Made by a program: the position numbers and the translations under genes. A model generated the notes under the pieces. The model was not told the origin of the DNA. It did no database searches and saw only the letters and a program-made list of their open reading frames with translations. From Felis catus (lineage: Eukaryota), in NCBI RefSeq assembly GCF_018350175.1, contig NC_058368.1:82896001-82960000 (forward strand): 64,000 bases of DNA, read 5' to 3'. Positions 24,471-37,248 of this stretch are shown in pieces; position 1 is the first letter of the stretch; every line of letters begins with the position of its first letter.

Positions 24471-27125
24471 GGAGAGGAGCCAAGATGGCAGAACAGCATG
24501 GAAGCTTTTTGTGTGTCTCACATCCGTGAAATACAGCCAGACCAACACTAAACCATCCTCCACACCTAGTAAACCAATTGGAAGATTAACACAACAATCT
24601 GCACAACCTGAACCACAGAACTCAGCAGGTACATGACACGAAAGCTGAACTTGGGGACCAAGAAGCCCCGAAAGGTAGGGAACTGGTTTTGTGTGGCGGA
24701 GAGAGGATGGAGACTGGGGAGGGGGGTATCATACGGGAAAAGCACCCCACCCCAAAAGCAGCTGGAGAGTGAAAAATTAGAAATAGCCACAGGGACTAGA
24801 CTAAAAATAGAGAAAGGAGAAAGGAGAAGGTTTAAATTCCATGAAGACTGTAACAAAGGGAGTGCAAAGGCTGCAACTCCACAGCTCAATACCTGGCGGT
24901 GTTCTGGTGGGAAAGGTGAATCCCCAGGAACAGAGTGGGGTCTGGGAGGTTCAAGGGCCACATGGAGAAAAGCGGTTCCACTGTTGGAAAGACATTTGGT
25001 AAAGACTGTTGAAGCCACCTGGTCCCAGCAGACCCCAGAAGACAGCCACATTCACTCGTGCTGGGGCAAGGTTGTTGAGGGTGAAGCCTGGTGTCAGATG
25101 TGTGTTGTGATTTTCCATAGTTCCTTAAACGCTGAGGCTACACTCTCTCATGATTTTATTGTGGAGGTGGGCTGGCACCTGGCTGCAGTCTTGGGGCACC
25201 GGCAACAGCAGCATCCAGTGGGCGTTCCTGGGTGCAGCTGACATTTGGCCATTGCTCATTTGGCCATCGCTTTGTAAGACCCTCCCACAGAGGGGCGGAG
25301 TGGGTCAAAGCCACAGTCCTTTGGAAGTAAGGGGCCGGGGAAAACAGCCACATCTGAGACAAAACTTGGGAGAGAGGTACTGCTTGGGGCCTCGTCACAG
25401 ACAGTGGAAAAGTGGGGAATGGATGAGACCTGAAGATGGAGGACCAATGCATGACTGCTGATCTGGCAAAACAGACTGGGTGGCTGGGTGGTGCCATTTT
25501 TTCACCGCTCCTGCACATTGGCATGTGCACCCATGAGCACCGCAACAATCCACCCCAGTTGGCCAGCAGCACCATCTGGGGGGAGAGGAGGTGTTACACC
25601 AAGCCCTGCCCAACTGGGCCAACTTCACTCTTCAAGAACACAGACCTCACTGCAGGCTAAAAGTACGGACTATAAAGAGCTACATGGACTGACCTCTAGG
25701 GGAAAACAAAGCAATTTCAGTCCTACTTCAATCTGTTAGCAGGTTCATCTATTCAATTTTTTTCTCTCTATATCCTTTTTTCTTTTACGATTCTTTTCTT
25801 TCTCTTGAATACAGAAAGAGAAAAAACATTTTTATTTTCGATTTTTATTAAAAATATCTGTCTTTAATTTTTATTACTATATTTTTTACTTTTGTGTAAT
25901 TTTTTTCAAATTCTACTTTACTTTCATCATTTTATTTTAGTCTATTTCAGTGTACTCACCTTTTCAAATTTTCAATTTCTTTTTCTTTTTTCTGGTTTTC
26001 ATTTCTTTTCTTTTTCTTGATGCAGAAAGAGAAAAATTTCATTTTTACTTTCAATTTATTTTTAAAGTATTTTTAATTTTTATTACTATATTTTTTGCTT
26101 TTATGTAAATTTTTTCAAATTATATGTTACTCCCATCATTTTATTTCAGTCTACTACAGTGTATTCACTTTTTCAAATTTTCAAATGATTTCTTTTTTTG
26201 TCTTTTCCTTTTTTATTTTTTATCTTTTTTCTTTTTTATTTCTTTTCTTTTCTTAAACTCAGAAACTGAAAAAATCATAATTCTTTTTAATTTTTATTAA
26301 AAATATTTTTCTATAATTTTTTCCTACTATATTCTCTACTGTTGTGTATTTTAGTCTACTTTAGTGTATTCATTTTTTCAAATATTTTTGAGAATGTTTC
26401 ATTCGAAAAACAATTTCCTTTTTTTTCTCTCCCCCACCTTTTGTTTGTTTCTCTAATCTGTCAAACCACTTTCTACACCCAGACCAAAATACACCTAAGA
26501 TCTAGCATCATCTGTCGATTTTTGTGTGGGTGTGTTTTTAATTATAGTATTTTTAAATTTCAATTTTCTACCTCATTAATTCCTTTTATCCCTTCAAAAT
26601 GGCAAAACGAAAGAATTCACCCCAAAAGAAAGCATGAAGAAATGAAAGCCAGGGATTTAACCAACACAGACATAAGCAAAATGAACCAGAATTTAGAATC
26701 ACAATAAGAAGACTAGCTGGAGTCAAAAATAGATTAAAATCCTTTTCTGCAGAGATAAAAGAAGTAAAAAATAGCCAGAATGAAATTAAAAATGCTGTAA
26801 CTGAGCTGCAATCACGGATGGATGCAGTGGCGGCAAGGATGGACAAGACAGAACAGAGAATCAGCGATATAGAGTACAAACTTATAGAAAATAACCAAGC
26901 AGAGAAAAAGAGGGAAATTAAGGCAAAAGAGCACGATTTAAGAATCAGTGACTCATTAAAAAGGAACATCAGAATCCCACAGTCCCAGAGGAGGAAGAGA
27001 GAAAAATAGGGGTAGAAGGGTTATGTGAACAAATTATAGTGTAAAACTTTCCTAACCTGGGGAAAGACACAGACATCAAAATCCAGGAAGCACAGAGGAC
27101 TACCATAAGATTCAACAAAAACTGA
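24471..27125 (+). mobile_element. LINE-1 5'UTR type A (with ~210-240-bp AT-rich internal repeats) and 5' half of ORF1
   Basis: Starts ggagaggagccaagatggcag, homologous to 2881; repeat anchors cagaaa at ~25812/26023/26260; ORF1 from atggcaaaacg at ~26599; stops abruptly. Confidence 0.9.
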
Positions 27126-28902
27126 AAAAATAAATTTAAAATAAATTTTAAAAAGTATTTTTGAAATCTAAAATGTATACTACACCTTTTTATGCAAGTT
27201 ATTTCCCTAAAATACAAATGTGATGCTGTCATCCCAGTCTTTGATTTCCTATTGATTTCACGCACACCCATACACAATAATTGCCAATTTTATGCTCAAG
27301 TTCAAGATTAATAATAATACTATAGTAAGGGACTTTAAAGTGCACTTACAAATCTGGAAAGGTCATCTAAACAGAAAATCAACAAAGTCCAAGACTAGAC
27401 CAGATGGACTTAACAGATATATTCAAAACATTCCATCTTAAACTGGAAGAATACACATTCTTTTCAAGTGCAAATGGAAAATTTTCCAAAATAGATCAAA
27501 TACTGTGTCACAAATTAGACTTCAAGCAGTACAAAAAACTGAGATCATGCATATTTTCAGACCACAGCACTATAAAACATGAAGCCAATCACAAGAAAAA
27601 AAAATGGAAAGACCACAAATACATAAAGGTTACAGAGCATCCTACTAAAGAATGAAGAAGTTAACTTGGAAATTTAAAAAAAAAGAATTAAAAAAAATAC
27701 ATGAACGCAAATAAAAATTAAACACAAAAATCCAAACCCTTTGGACTGCAACAAAGGAAATCCTACGAGGAAACTAAAGTACAGTCCAAGCCTGTCTTAA
27801 GAAATAAATAAGGTCAATCTACACAATCCAACCTGAAACCTAAGGGAGCCAGAAAAAGAGCAACAAAAAAAGGCTAAAGCCAACAGAAGAAGGGAAATAA
27901 TAAAGATTAGAGCAGAAATAAATGACAGAAAGAAAACAAACAAAAAAACACCCACAGTAGAATAGATCAATAAAACTAAGATCTGGTTCTTTGAAAGAAT
28001 AAACAAAATTGATAACCCCTTAAGAAGACTAATAAAAAAAAATAAAGGACCCAAATAGATAAAATGATGAATGAAAGAGAAGCAATCACAACAGGACAGC
28101 ACAGATACTAACAACTAAAATAAACTAGTATGAAAAAATATATGCCAACAAGCTGGGCAATCTGGCAGGAAATAGACAAATTCCCAGAAATTTACAAACC
28201 ACCAATAATGACATAGAAAGTTATAGAAAATTTTAACAGATCCATAACGTGCTAAGAAATTGGATCAATAATCCCAAATCTCCATTCAAACAGAGGTCCT
28301 GGGCCAGATGGACTCCCAGGAGAATTCTACCACACATTTAGGAAGAGTTAAAAGCTATTCTCAAAATAGTGCAAAAGATAATCTACTAAAAAACTCCAAA
28401 CTCAGTCTATGAAGCCAACATTACTTTGATTTCAAAAGACCCCACTAAAAGACCCCACTAAAAAGGAGAATTATAGGTCAACATCCCAGGTTAAACTGGA
28501 CAGAAAAATATTCAGCAAAATACTAGCAATTCTAATTCAACACTACATTGAAATAATTATTCAACATGATCAAGTTGGATTTGTTCCTGTGCTGCAGAGT
28601 TGGTTAAATATTCACAAAACAATCAATGTGATAATCCACATAAAAAAATGATGAGAAAAATAAGATTCTTTAAATAGATGAAGAAAAAGCACTTGACAAA
28701 ATATAGTATCCATTCTTGATAAAAATTCTCAACAAAGGAGGGATGGATAGAATATATATCAACATCATGAAGACCATGTACAAATAGCATACAGCTAATA
28801 TCATCCTCAATGGGGAAAAAGCTGAGAGCTTTTCCCCTACATCTAGGATGGAGACATGGATGTCCATGCTCACCATTACTATTTAATATAGTACGGGATG
28901 TT

Positions 28903-29108
28903 GGGGTGCCTGGGTAGCTCAGTCAGTTGAACATCCAACTTCAGCTCAGGTCATGATCTCAAGGTCTGTGATTTTGAGCCCTGCATCAGGCTCTATGCTG
29001 ACAGCTCAGAGCCTGGAGCCTGCTTCAGATTCTATGTCTCCCTCTCTCTCTGACCCTCCCCCATTCATGCTCTGTCTCTGTCTCAAAAATAAATAAATAT
29101 TAAAAAAA
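28903..29108 (+). mobile_element. Feline-type Can-SINE
   Basis: ggggtgcctgggtagctcag head; target-site duplication (TSD) aatatagta(c/t)ggga on both sides. Confidence 0.93.
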
Positions 29109-29177
29109 CAATATAGTATGGGAACTCTTGGCCTCAGCAAACAACAAAAATAAATAAAGACCATGCAAATCAGTAAG

Positions 29178-30236
29178 TACCAGAGTCCAGCTCCAGCAGG
29201 TCGAAGGGTTCCTGAAGGATGAACGGCATCAGTGAAAAAGTGAAAATAAAACAAAACTAAAACTACAATAAAAATAAAAAACTAAAATAAAAAAAGAAAA
29301 CTAAAATAAAAATGGACACTGACAACAGTGTGTTGAACTGGACCATTTATTGTAGGAAACGTGGCATTATATATGCTAGTGACTTCCTTGTAACATAAGT
29401 CATCTATGTTTTTCTAACATTACCCAATTCTAAAATTGTTCCTTTGTATAATCACCCAATAAGGAATAACATGATTGTTTTGTCATAATGTTCCCTCCTG
29501 CCGTTTGCTTATTGATTAATTTCTTTTATTGTTTTTATTATGTATCTATGTTTATCTATAATTTATAAAGTATTTGCTTTGCTGTTTTCATGAAAGGTCA
29601 TTTATGTCTTAACACAAGTGGAACAGTTACAGGGACATGACCTCTTAGTTGTTTCCCTGAACCATTCATGGTTTTGGAGAACAAAAGTGTTTGCCTGGGT
29701 CCGAGGTGCCAGGAGGGGGGCCAAGAGGGCCTTAGAAACCCACGTCTTATACATTCTCAGAGAGACAATGCACCTAGGAACCAATGAACCATTCTGTACT
29801 TTAACCGACTAGGTTCAATCATTATCTGGAATGCCTCCTGGGGGCCAAGTGGGCCTAGGGGTCAGAGTGACCTGTGTCCATAGATACCCTCCTTAGTTAC
29901 CAGAGTGGGGCTTTTGGATCCATATGTCTCTCCTTCGTTGGCTGCCTTTGCTGGCAAATGCATGAGACTCCTGCAAGTAGAGGAGTCTCCATAGGGAATG
30001 TCAAGGGCTAAACGTAAGGCCACACAATTTCTTGTGGAACCTTATTTTCTTCCTAATGGTTCTTTTCCCAGGGGGCCTGCCGAGGGCAATTCCCCAACAG
30101 ACAATACCCCAGGTACTTTTAAGGCCAAAAAAGCAGGAGTACAAGAAGCTTCACTGTCAGTGGGCCACCCTGCAGTCACCAATCCGTCCACAGCCCAGGC
30201 CCTGCCATTCAGGCTGGGATAGCTTGGCTTCCAGCA
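29178..30236 (-). mobile_element. Solo LTR of ~1.06 kb, probably ERVK/beta-like
   Basis: 6-bp TSD agtaag at 29172-29177 and 30237-30242; minus strand starts TGctgg and ends gctggactctggta; TATA at ~29370 and AATAAA at ~29347; host L1 resumes afterwards. Confidence 0.85.
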
Positions 30237-31522
30237 AGTAAGAAATAAGTCAAGCATTCACTATTTTCAGAGGACATGATACTATATATAGAAAATGAAA
30301 ACACTCCACCAAAAATCTGCTAGAGTTAATACATGAATTCAGCACAGTCGAAGATATAAAATCAAGTTGCAGAAATCTGTTGCATTTCTATACAACAATA
30401 AAGCAGCAGTAGAAAAAGAAGTCAAATAATTGATCCCATTTGAAATTGCATTGAAAATCAGAAGATACCTAGAAATACACTTCATTAAAGAGATAAAAGA
30501 GCTATACTCTGAAAACTATGAAAAAAACTGAAGAGGACACAAAAAATGGAAAAGAATTCCATGCTTGTGGATTAGGAAGAAAAACATTGCTAAAATATCT
30601 ACACTACCCAAAGCAATTGACACATTTAATGCAACCCCTATCAAAATACAAATGGCACTTTAACCAGAGCTAAGAACAAACAATCCTGAAATTTTTGAGG
30701 AGCTACCAAGACCCAAATACCCAAAGTCACCTTGAAAAAGGAAAGCAAAGTTGGAGACATAACAATTCCAGACTTAAAGTTATATTACAAAGCTGTAGTA
30801 ACAAAACAGTATGGTACAGGCATCAAAACAGACACAGAGATCAGTGAAACACAATAGAAAGCCCATAAATGGACACACAAGTATATGCTCAACTAATGGC
30901 CAAAGCCAGAAAGAATATTCAATGGGAAAAATACAGTCTCTTCAACAAATGGTGTTGGGAAAAACTGGACTTGCAGAAACTGGACTACTTTCTCTCTCTC
31001 TCTCCCTCTCTCTCTCTCTCTTTTCTTTTCATTTATTCTTTTAAACTCAGGTTAGTTAACATCCAGTGTAGTATTGGTTTAATGAGTAGAACTCAGTGTT
31101 TTATCACTTACATATAACACCCAGTGCTTTTCCTTTCTCTATATACAAAAATATATACAAAATGGATGAAATGCCTAAATGCAAGATAGGATATCATCAA
31201 AATTCTAGAGGAGAAAACAGGTAGTAAGTTCTTTGACCTTGACCACAGCAACTTTTTACTAGACACATCACTGAAGGCACAGGAAACAAAAGCAAACATA
31301 AACTATTGGGACTTCATCAAAATAAAAATCTTCTATACAATGAAGGAAACAACAAAGCTAAAAGGTAGCCCAGGGAATGAGAAGTTATATTTGCAAACGA
31401 CATATCTGATAAAGGATTATTATCCAGAATATATAAAGAACTTATCAAATTCAATAACAAAAACAAAAAAAAAAAACCAAGAAAAAAAAGAAAGAAAAAA
31501 AAATCCAGTTAAGAAATAGGCA

Positions 31523-31735
31523 GGGGCACCTGAGTGGCTCAGTTGGTTAAGCGTCAACTTAGGCTCAGGTCATCATCTCACAGTTCATGGGTTCAAGCCC
31601 AGCATTGGGCTCTGTGGTGACAGCTCAGAGCTGGGAGCCTGCTTCAGATTCTGTATCTCCCTCTATCTCAGCCCTCTCCCTCTCACACTCTGTCTCTTTC
31701 TCTCAAAAATGAATAAATATTAAAAAAATAAAAAA
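31523..31735 (+). mobile_element. Can-SINE
   Basis: ggggcacctgagtggctcag head; TSD aagaaataggca. Confidence 0.92.
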
Positions 31736-32589
31736 AGAAATAGGCAGAAGACATGAATAGACAATTTTTTCCAAAGAAGAAGTACAGATGGATAATAGGC
31801 ACATGAAAAGATGTTCCATCAGTGAAATACAAATCAAAACCATGATGAGATACCACATTACACCTGTCAGAATGGTTAAAATTAATAACACAAGAAATAA
31901 CTGGTGTTAATGAGGATATGGAGAAAGAGGAACACTCTTGCACTGTTGGTGGGAATGAAAACTGGTACAGCCACCCTGGAGAACAGTACAGAGATTCCTC
32001 AAAAAACTGAAAAATAGAATTACTCTACGATACAGCCATCACAGTATTAGATATTTACCTAATGGAAACAAATCTATAATATCTAATGGGTACATGCATC
32101 CCAATGATTCTAGCAGCATTGCATTATCAACAATAGCCAAACTATGGAGAGACCCCAAATGTCCTTCAACTGATGAGTGGATAAACATGTGGTATGTGTA
32201 TATACAGTGGAATATTACTCAGCCATCAAAAATAATGAAATATTGCCATTTGCAATGCCTTCGATGGGGCTATAATGTATTATGTTAAGTGAAATAAGTC
32301 GATCATAAAAAGACAAATACCATATCATTTCACTCATGTGGAATTTAGGAAACAAAACTTATGAACAAATGGGAAGTAGGGGGTGGAGGAGCAGAGAGGG
32401 AAACAAATTGAGGGTTGTTGGAGGGAGGTGGATGGGAGCTGGGCTAGATGAGTGATGGTATTTAATGAAGGTATTTGTTTTGATGAACGTTAGGTGTTGC
32501 ATGTAAGTGATGAAAACTGAACCCTACCACTGAAAATAAATTACACTGTATATTATCAAACTAAATTTTCTATTAATGAAAAAAAAGAA

Positions 32590-33375
32590 ATTTAAGGAGG
32601 CACAGTGAAATTAAAACATACCCATTTTCATGAATCAGAAAAATTAATATTCATACAATATCCATAGTATCTAATATCACTGTAAATTTAATGTAATCTC
32701 CATCACAATTTTAAAGCCCTCATTCACAGAAATTAAACAAAGCAAAAGAATGAAAAAATGAACCTAAAATTTGTGTGGAACCAAAACCCCCAAATAACCC
32801 AAGCATTTCTGAGAAAGAACAATGTTGAATGGATTGCAGTTGTTAGTTTCTACTACAAATCTATACTAAAAACAACAGAATGATATTTGCATAAAAATAA
32901 ACATATTGACCAATAAAATGGAATTGAGAGCCCAGATATGAACTTTGCATATGTGTTCAACTAATATTTGACATGTGAACCAAGAATGCTCAACAATGAA
33001 AGAATATATTCTTCAATAATTGTGTTGGGAAAACCAGGTATCTACATACATTAAAAAAAAAAAAACTTTGGACGCTTATTTTACACTGATGAGAATTAGC
33101 ACAAAATTGTTTTCAGATTTAAACAAAATCTGAAACCATGTCTTAGAAAAAAAAGGAAAAAATATATACTTGCCCTTAATCTTGGCAATGATTCTTTGTA
33201 TATGACACTAAAAACACAAACAAATGAAAAATAAATAAATTTGTACTGCATGTAAGTAAAAACTTTTATGTAGGAAAAGAACCAACAAAATTAGAAGGTA
33301 ACTGATAAAATAGGAGATGGTATTTGCAACTCTACCTGATAGCAGGTTAATATCCAAACTATAAAAAGAACACTG
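32590..33375 (+). mobile_element. Old LINE-1 ORF2 fragment
   Basis: cctaaaatttgtgtggaacc and other diverged ORF2 motifs. Confidence 0.75.
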
Positions 33376-34970
33376 AAGTCCAGTCCATGATGGCAATGTC
33401 AGAAGATCCTTAATTCATCTCCTTTATGAACACATAAAATCAACACCTATCAAAAATGTAATTCCTCCAGAAGAAGAATTGAGGAGTGACTGAACAACTT
33501 CTAGACAACAAAAGGTAAGAGAGATTAAAGGATAAAATGGCATGAGAAACAGAGACACCAAGGGAAACCTGTCACACCCCAGATGCTGTGAACTGCAGTG
33601 GAGAAGGATAGTACTGAAGGATTATGAACAGATTTGCCTACCCTGGGGCACAGGGGAAAAGCCCCAGTTTAAAGCAGCAAGTAGTATAAAATAGATTAAG
33701 CAGTAGAATTATGCCACATGGCAGAGCAGCTGCTAGAACTCTCTCTGAATCCTAGGGACTGTTGAGTGCTATGGTTTATGTTCCTTTTTTATCTTGAAAA
33801 CGTAGATTGGAGAAAGGTCTGTATGCCATAGCTGACCTATTGTCTCAGTGAGCTCCAGACCAAGAACCCACAATAGCCCCAGAAATTTCACCAAGGTAGC
33901 CTTAGGGTGGTGCTTCCTGGGACACCTCTGGTCATTATTCACTATAGCTCCAGCCATTATGCCAAGGTAATGCAGGTGTAAAGCACCCTGGAAAACTCCA
34001 GGCCTGGATCACTTTAGCTTCAGCTGGCTTACTAGGGTAATCCTTGTTCAGAGCATTCTGGGGTCTCACCTGCTTTGGCTCAAGTCACCCCAACAGAGTA
34101 TCCCCGTTGGGAACACTCCAGAGATACTGGCTTACACCCACTTTAGCTTTACCTGTCTTGTCGTGGTTCCATCAGTGTGAAGAATCCCAGGTCACACCAC
34201 ATTGTACCCACTTAAACTTCAGATATTCTTCCAGAGCATCAATTGCATGGAGAGTCCAGGGGCCTCACCAACCTGTGCAACCTGTGCCCACATCATCTTT
34301 AATTGCCTGTCCAGTGTGTCCCTTGTTTGGCACACCCCAGGACTCCCAGACTATTCCATACTTCAGCTGTAGTCAACCCACAAGGGCACCCTCTTGGTGG
34401 AGAGTCTTAAAACACGCAAGCTTATACCCACTTCAGTTTCATATATCTGCCAAGAAACCCTCTGACATAAAGACTAGGGTTCCCCTGGCTTACACACACC
34501 TCACCTTCAGCTGTCCTGCCATGACATTCTCTACATAGTCCAGGAACCACAAAAGCCTGGGCCCACTTCAGCTTCAGCTGTCCTTCCAGTGTACTTTCTG
34601 TGTGTAGAGATATGGGACCCCCTTGGCCTAAACCCACATCAGCTTTAGATATTTTGCCACAGTGCCCACTGTATATAAAGACCTGTGATCCCCTGACTTG
34701 CACCCACTTCAGTCACAACTGTCCAAGACCAAGATAAAAGAAATGAAATGGAGATAATTTGTGTAATAAAGAGCTTAAAATAATGATCATAAAGATGCTC
34801 ACTGGGCTATAAAGAAGTGTTGAGAACACATTGAGAAGTTAAAATAAAGATTAAAAATATATTAAAAAGAACCAAAGTTCAAGAATACAACAATTGAAAT
34901 TATAGAAATTAATAGAGGGAATCAACAATAGATTAGAGGATTCAGAAGAATGGACCAGTGATCTGGAAAT
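33376..34970 (+). mobile_element. Old LINE-1 5'UTR with a ~70-bp internal minisatellite, plus ORF1 fragment
   Basis: 5' end resembles the antisense copy at ~42920; ccca(c)tt anchors at 34137, 34207, 34287, 34357, 34427, 34562, 34633 and 34703; ORF1-like DNA at 34730-34970. Confidence 0.7.
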
Positions 34971-34974
34971 AGTT

Positions 34975-35210
34975 ATATATATATAGTTTTATATATAATC
35001 ATCTATCATATATAATTTATTATTTATATTATGACCATAGATGGATTTTGTGTATATATATATATAATTTGTATACATACAAATAATTTATATATATACA
35101 AATATATGTATATATGTATATATGTATATATATGTATATATGTATATGTATATATATGTATATATATGTATGTATATATATGTATATATGTGTGTATATA
35201 TATATATATT
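34975..35210. repeat. (TA)n/(TATATG)n microsatellite
   Basis: Directly visible. Confidence 0.95.
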
Positions 35211-35775
35211 GATTTGGTCTTTAATATGGACCATATCTCTCTGTCTCACCATTTTGCCTGACTTTCTGGTTTCCCCCCCTCCCTCTGGGTTATACAGAAG
35301 AGGTATTCCTCCTACAACTGAAGGAATGGTCTTGTTTTTGGTCATCCAATGTTTAGATTGTGTGTGCTTGGTGACTTTTGCTGGTTGTGTGGAGATATGG
35401 CTGGCCTGAGTTGAAAGTAATGGAGCTTTCCATACTGAGGTCATCCTGGTGGAATGGCTGAAGCTGAGATCAATGTGGACTGGAATGGTACTGATGTTTG
35501 CTACACAAAGGGTTCTCAGTCAGGTCAGTTGTGGCTGAAGTGGGTTAAAGCCAGGGGATTCCAGGTCTTTATATATAGTGAGAACTGTGGTAGAACATCT
35601 GAAGGTGATGTGGGTTTAAGCCAAGGGGATCCCAGATTTCTACACACAGAAACACAGCTGTGGCCAAAGTAGGTACAGGCCTTTGTGGTACTTGGACTGT
35701 CTATGCAGATAATGTACTGCATAAAGCTCAAGTGTGTGCAAGCCAGGGGGGACCCTGGTCTCTATATCAGAGCAC
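35211..35775 (-). mobile_element. Antisense copy of the same old L1 5' region
   Basis: 35522-35772 is a diverged reverse complement of 34460-34723 (ORF track: QVFIYSGHCGKISKADVGLGQG vs QVFIYSENCGRTSEGDVGLSQG). Confidence 0.8.
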
Positions 35776-36140
35776 TTCAAATTGATATTGTTGTATCCTT
35801 TGGGTAAACAACTAGTAGAGCAATGCTGGATCATAGGTAGTTCTATTTTTAACTTTTTGAGGAAATTCCATACTTTTTTCCAGAGTGGATACACCAGTTT
35901 TCATTCCCACCAACAGTATAAGAGGGTTCCCCTTTCTCTGCATCTTCCCCAACACCTGTTGTTTCCTGTGTTGTTAATTTTATGCATTCTCACAGGTGTG
36001 TGGTGACATTTAATCATTGATTTGTATTTCCCTGATGATTAGTGAATTGGACCTTTTCATGTGTCTGTTGGCCATCTGTATGTATTTGTAAAAATGTCTA
36101 CTCATGTCTTCTGCTCATTTTTCACCTGGATTATTTGTTT
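35776..36140 (-). mobile_element. LINE-1 ORF2 C-terminal fragment
   Basis: YPLWKKVWNFLKKLKIELP in ORF 35640..35894. Confidence 0.85.
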
Positions 36141-36368
36141 ATTTATTATTTATTTGTTTAATATGAGAGAGACAGAGAGGGAGGGAGGGAGGGAGAGAGA
36201 AAGAGCATGGGAGGGGGAGGGGAGAGAGAGAGAGAGAGAGGATCCCAAGCAGGCTCCATAATTACAGTTTAGAGCCCAATATGAGGCTTGATCTCATGAA
36301 CCATAAGTAATGACCTGAGTGGAAATCAAGATTCAGATGCTTAACCAGCTGAGCCACCCAGGCAACCC
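36141..36368 (-). mobile_element. Can-SINE
   Basis: (GA)n tract and gagccacccaggcaaccc end. Confidence 0.88.
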
Positions 36369-36369
36369 T

Positions 36370-37248
36370 TAATTCTTCCCATTTTCAACCTGTAAATACT
36401 TGTTATTGACAAATAGCACTCAACAGTCTGTCAAGTATGCTCAAGATATGTTATATAATACAGTATACCTATTCACAGGAAGGGACGTGATTAATAACTT
36501 ATGGGAACTTATTGATATAATCACAAAAGACAAGCACAAAGCACCACATATGCCTCTGAAAACATTGGACCATACACCCTTTAAAAAAGTTTTTGTTCCT
36601 TCATCATTAGAAATCTTCCTCCAGCAGTCAAGCATTCCTGTGTACATGATATCAGTTTCTTTGTGCTCTGAATGCATCATCATTCAGTGACAAACCTGTC
36701 AAATGGATAAGATATCAACCCAGCAACCAATGTACACACTGTGGAATAATCTAACTAATGAAGATGTGTGTATTCTTAGGATCTGTGATCATTCCCTTTG
36801 TAGTGTCATAGATACCAAAGTAGGCAGCTTGGTAGATGACAATACCTTGAACAGATACAATAAAGTCTTGGTACATACCCTCCATCCCATCAGATCTATA
36901 GATCTTAACCAAGCAGTCACAAGACCTCTGGATTCCCTTTCAGCTCCAATTTTTCCCACATCAATTTCTAGAGGGGAACAGACAATATCAAGAGGATACA
37001 CAAAACACAACGGTATGACTCCAGCGACACCAACTGATGACAGATTCACTGCAAAGTAGCACCAAACTGGTTTTCTTGTCCACACTACCCAGGAAGAACT
37101 GCTTGTATTTATCTTTGAAGGCAAAGTTGAATGCCTGGGTGGGTAAGTATCTTATGACATTGATCAGGTTATCACAACAGAAGGAAAAGAATCTCTGCTT
37201 CCTGGGGATATGAACCACACAATTTATAATATGCTGTATTGCTTATCA
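36370..37248 (-). pseudogene. SLC25A5: Processed pseudogene of ADP/ATP translocase 2 (ANT2), 5'-truncated and frameshifted
   Basis: [38 protein letters not shown] and [15 protein letters not shown] in successive frames. ANT2-type residues VKIY.SDG, FGIYDT and TDIMY; no introns; part of the 3'UTR follows the stop. Confidence 0.92.

Larger units (their letters stand above)
27305..32588 (+). mobile_element. LINE-1 ORF2 through 3' end, hosting several nested insertions
   Basis: MDLTDIFKTFH endonuclease region, RT, C-terminus and A-rich tail at ~32580; interrupted by two SINEs, an LTR and a short antisense L1 end (~30990-31128). Confidence 0.88.

Noticed and set aside
24566..25241. 202-aa and 161-aa ORFs
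   Set aside because: They lie in an L1 5'UTR and are broken in the paralogous copy at 2881; no recognisable protein family.
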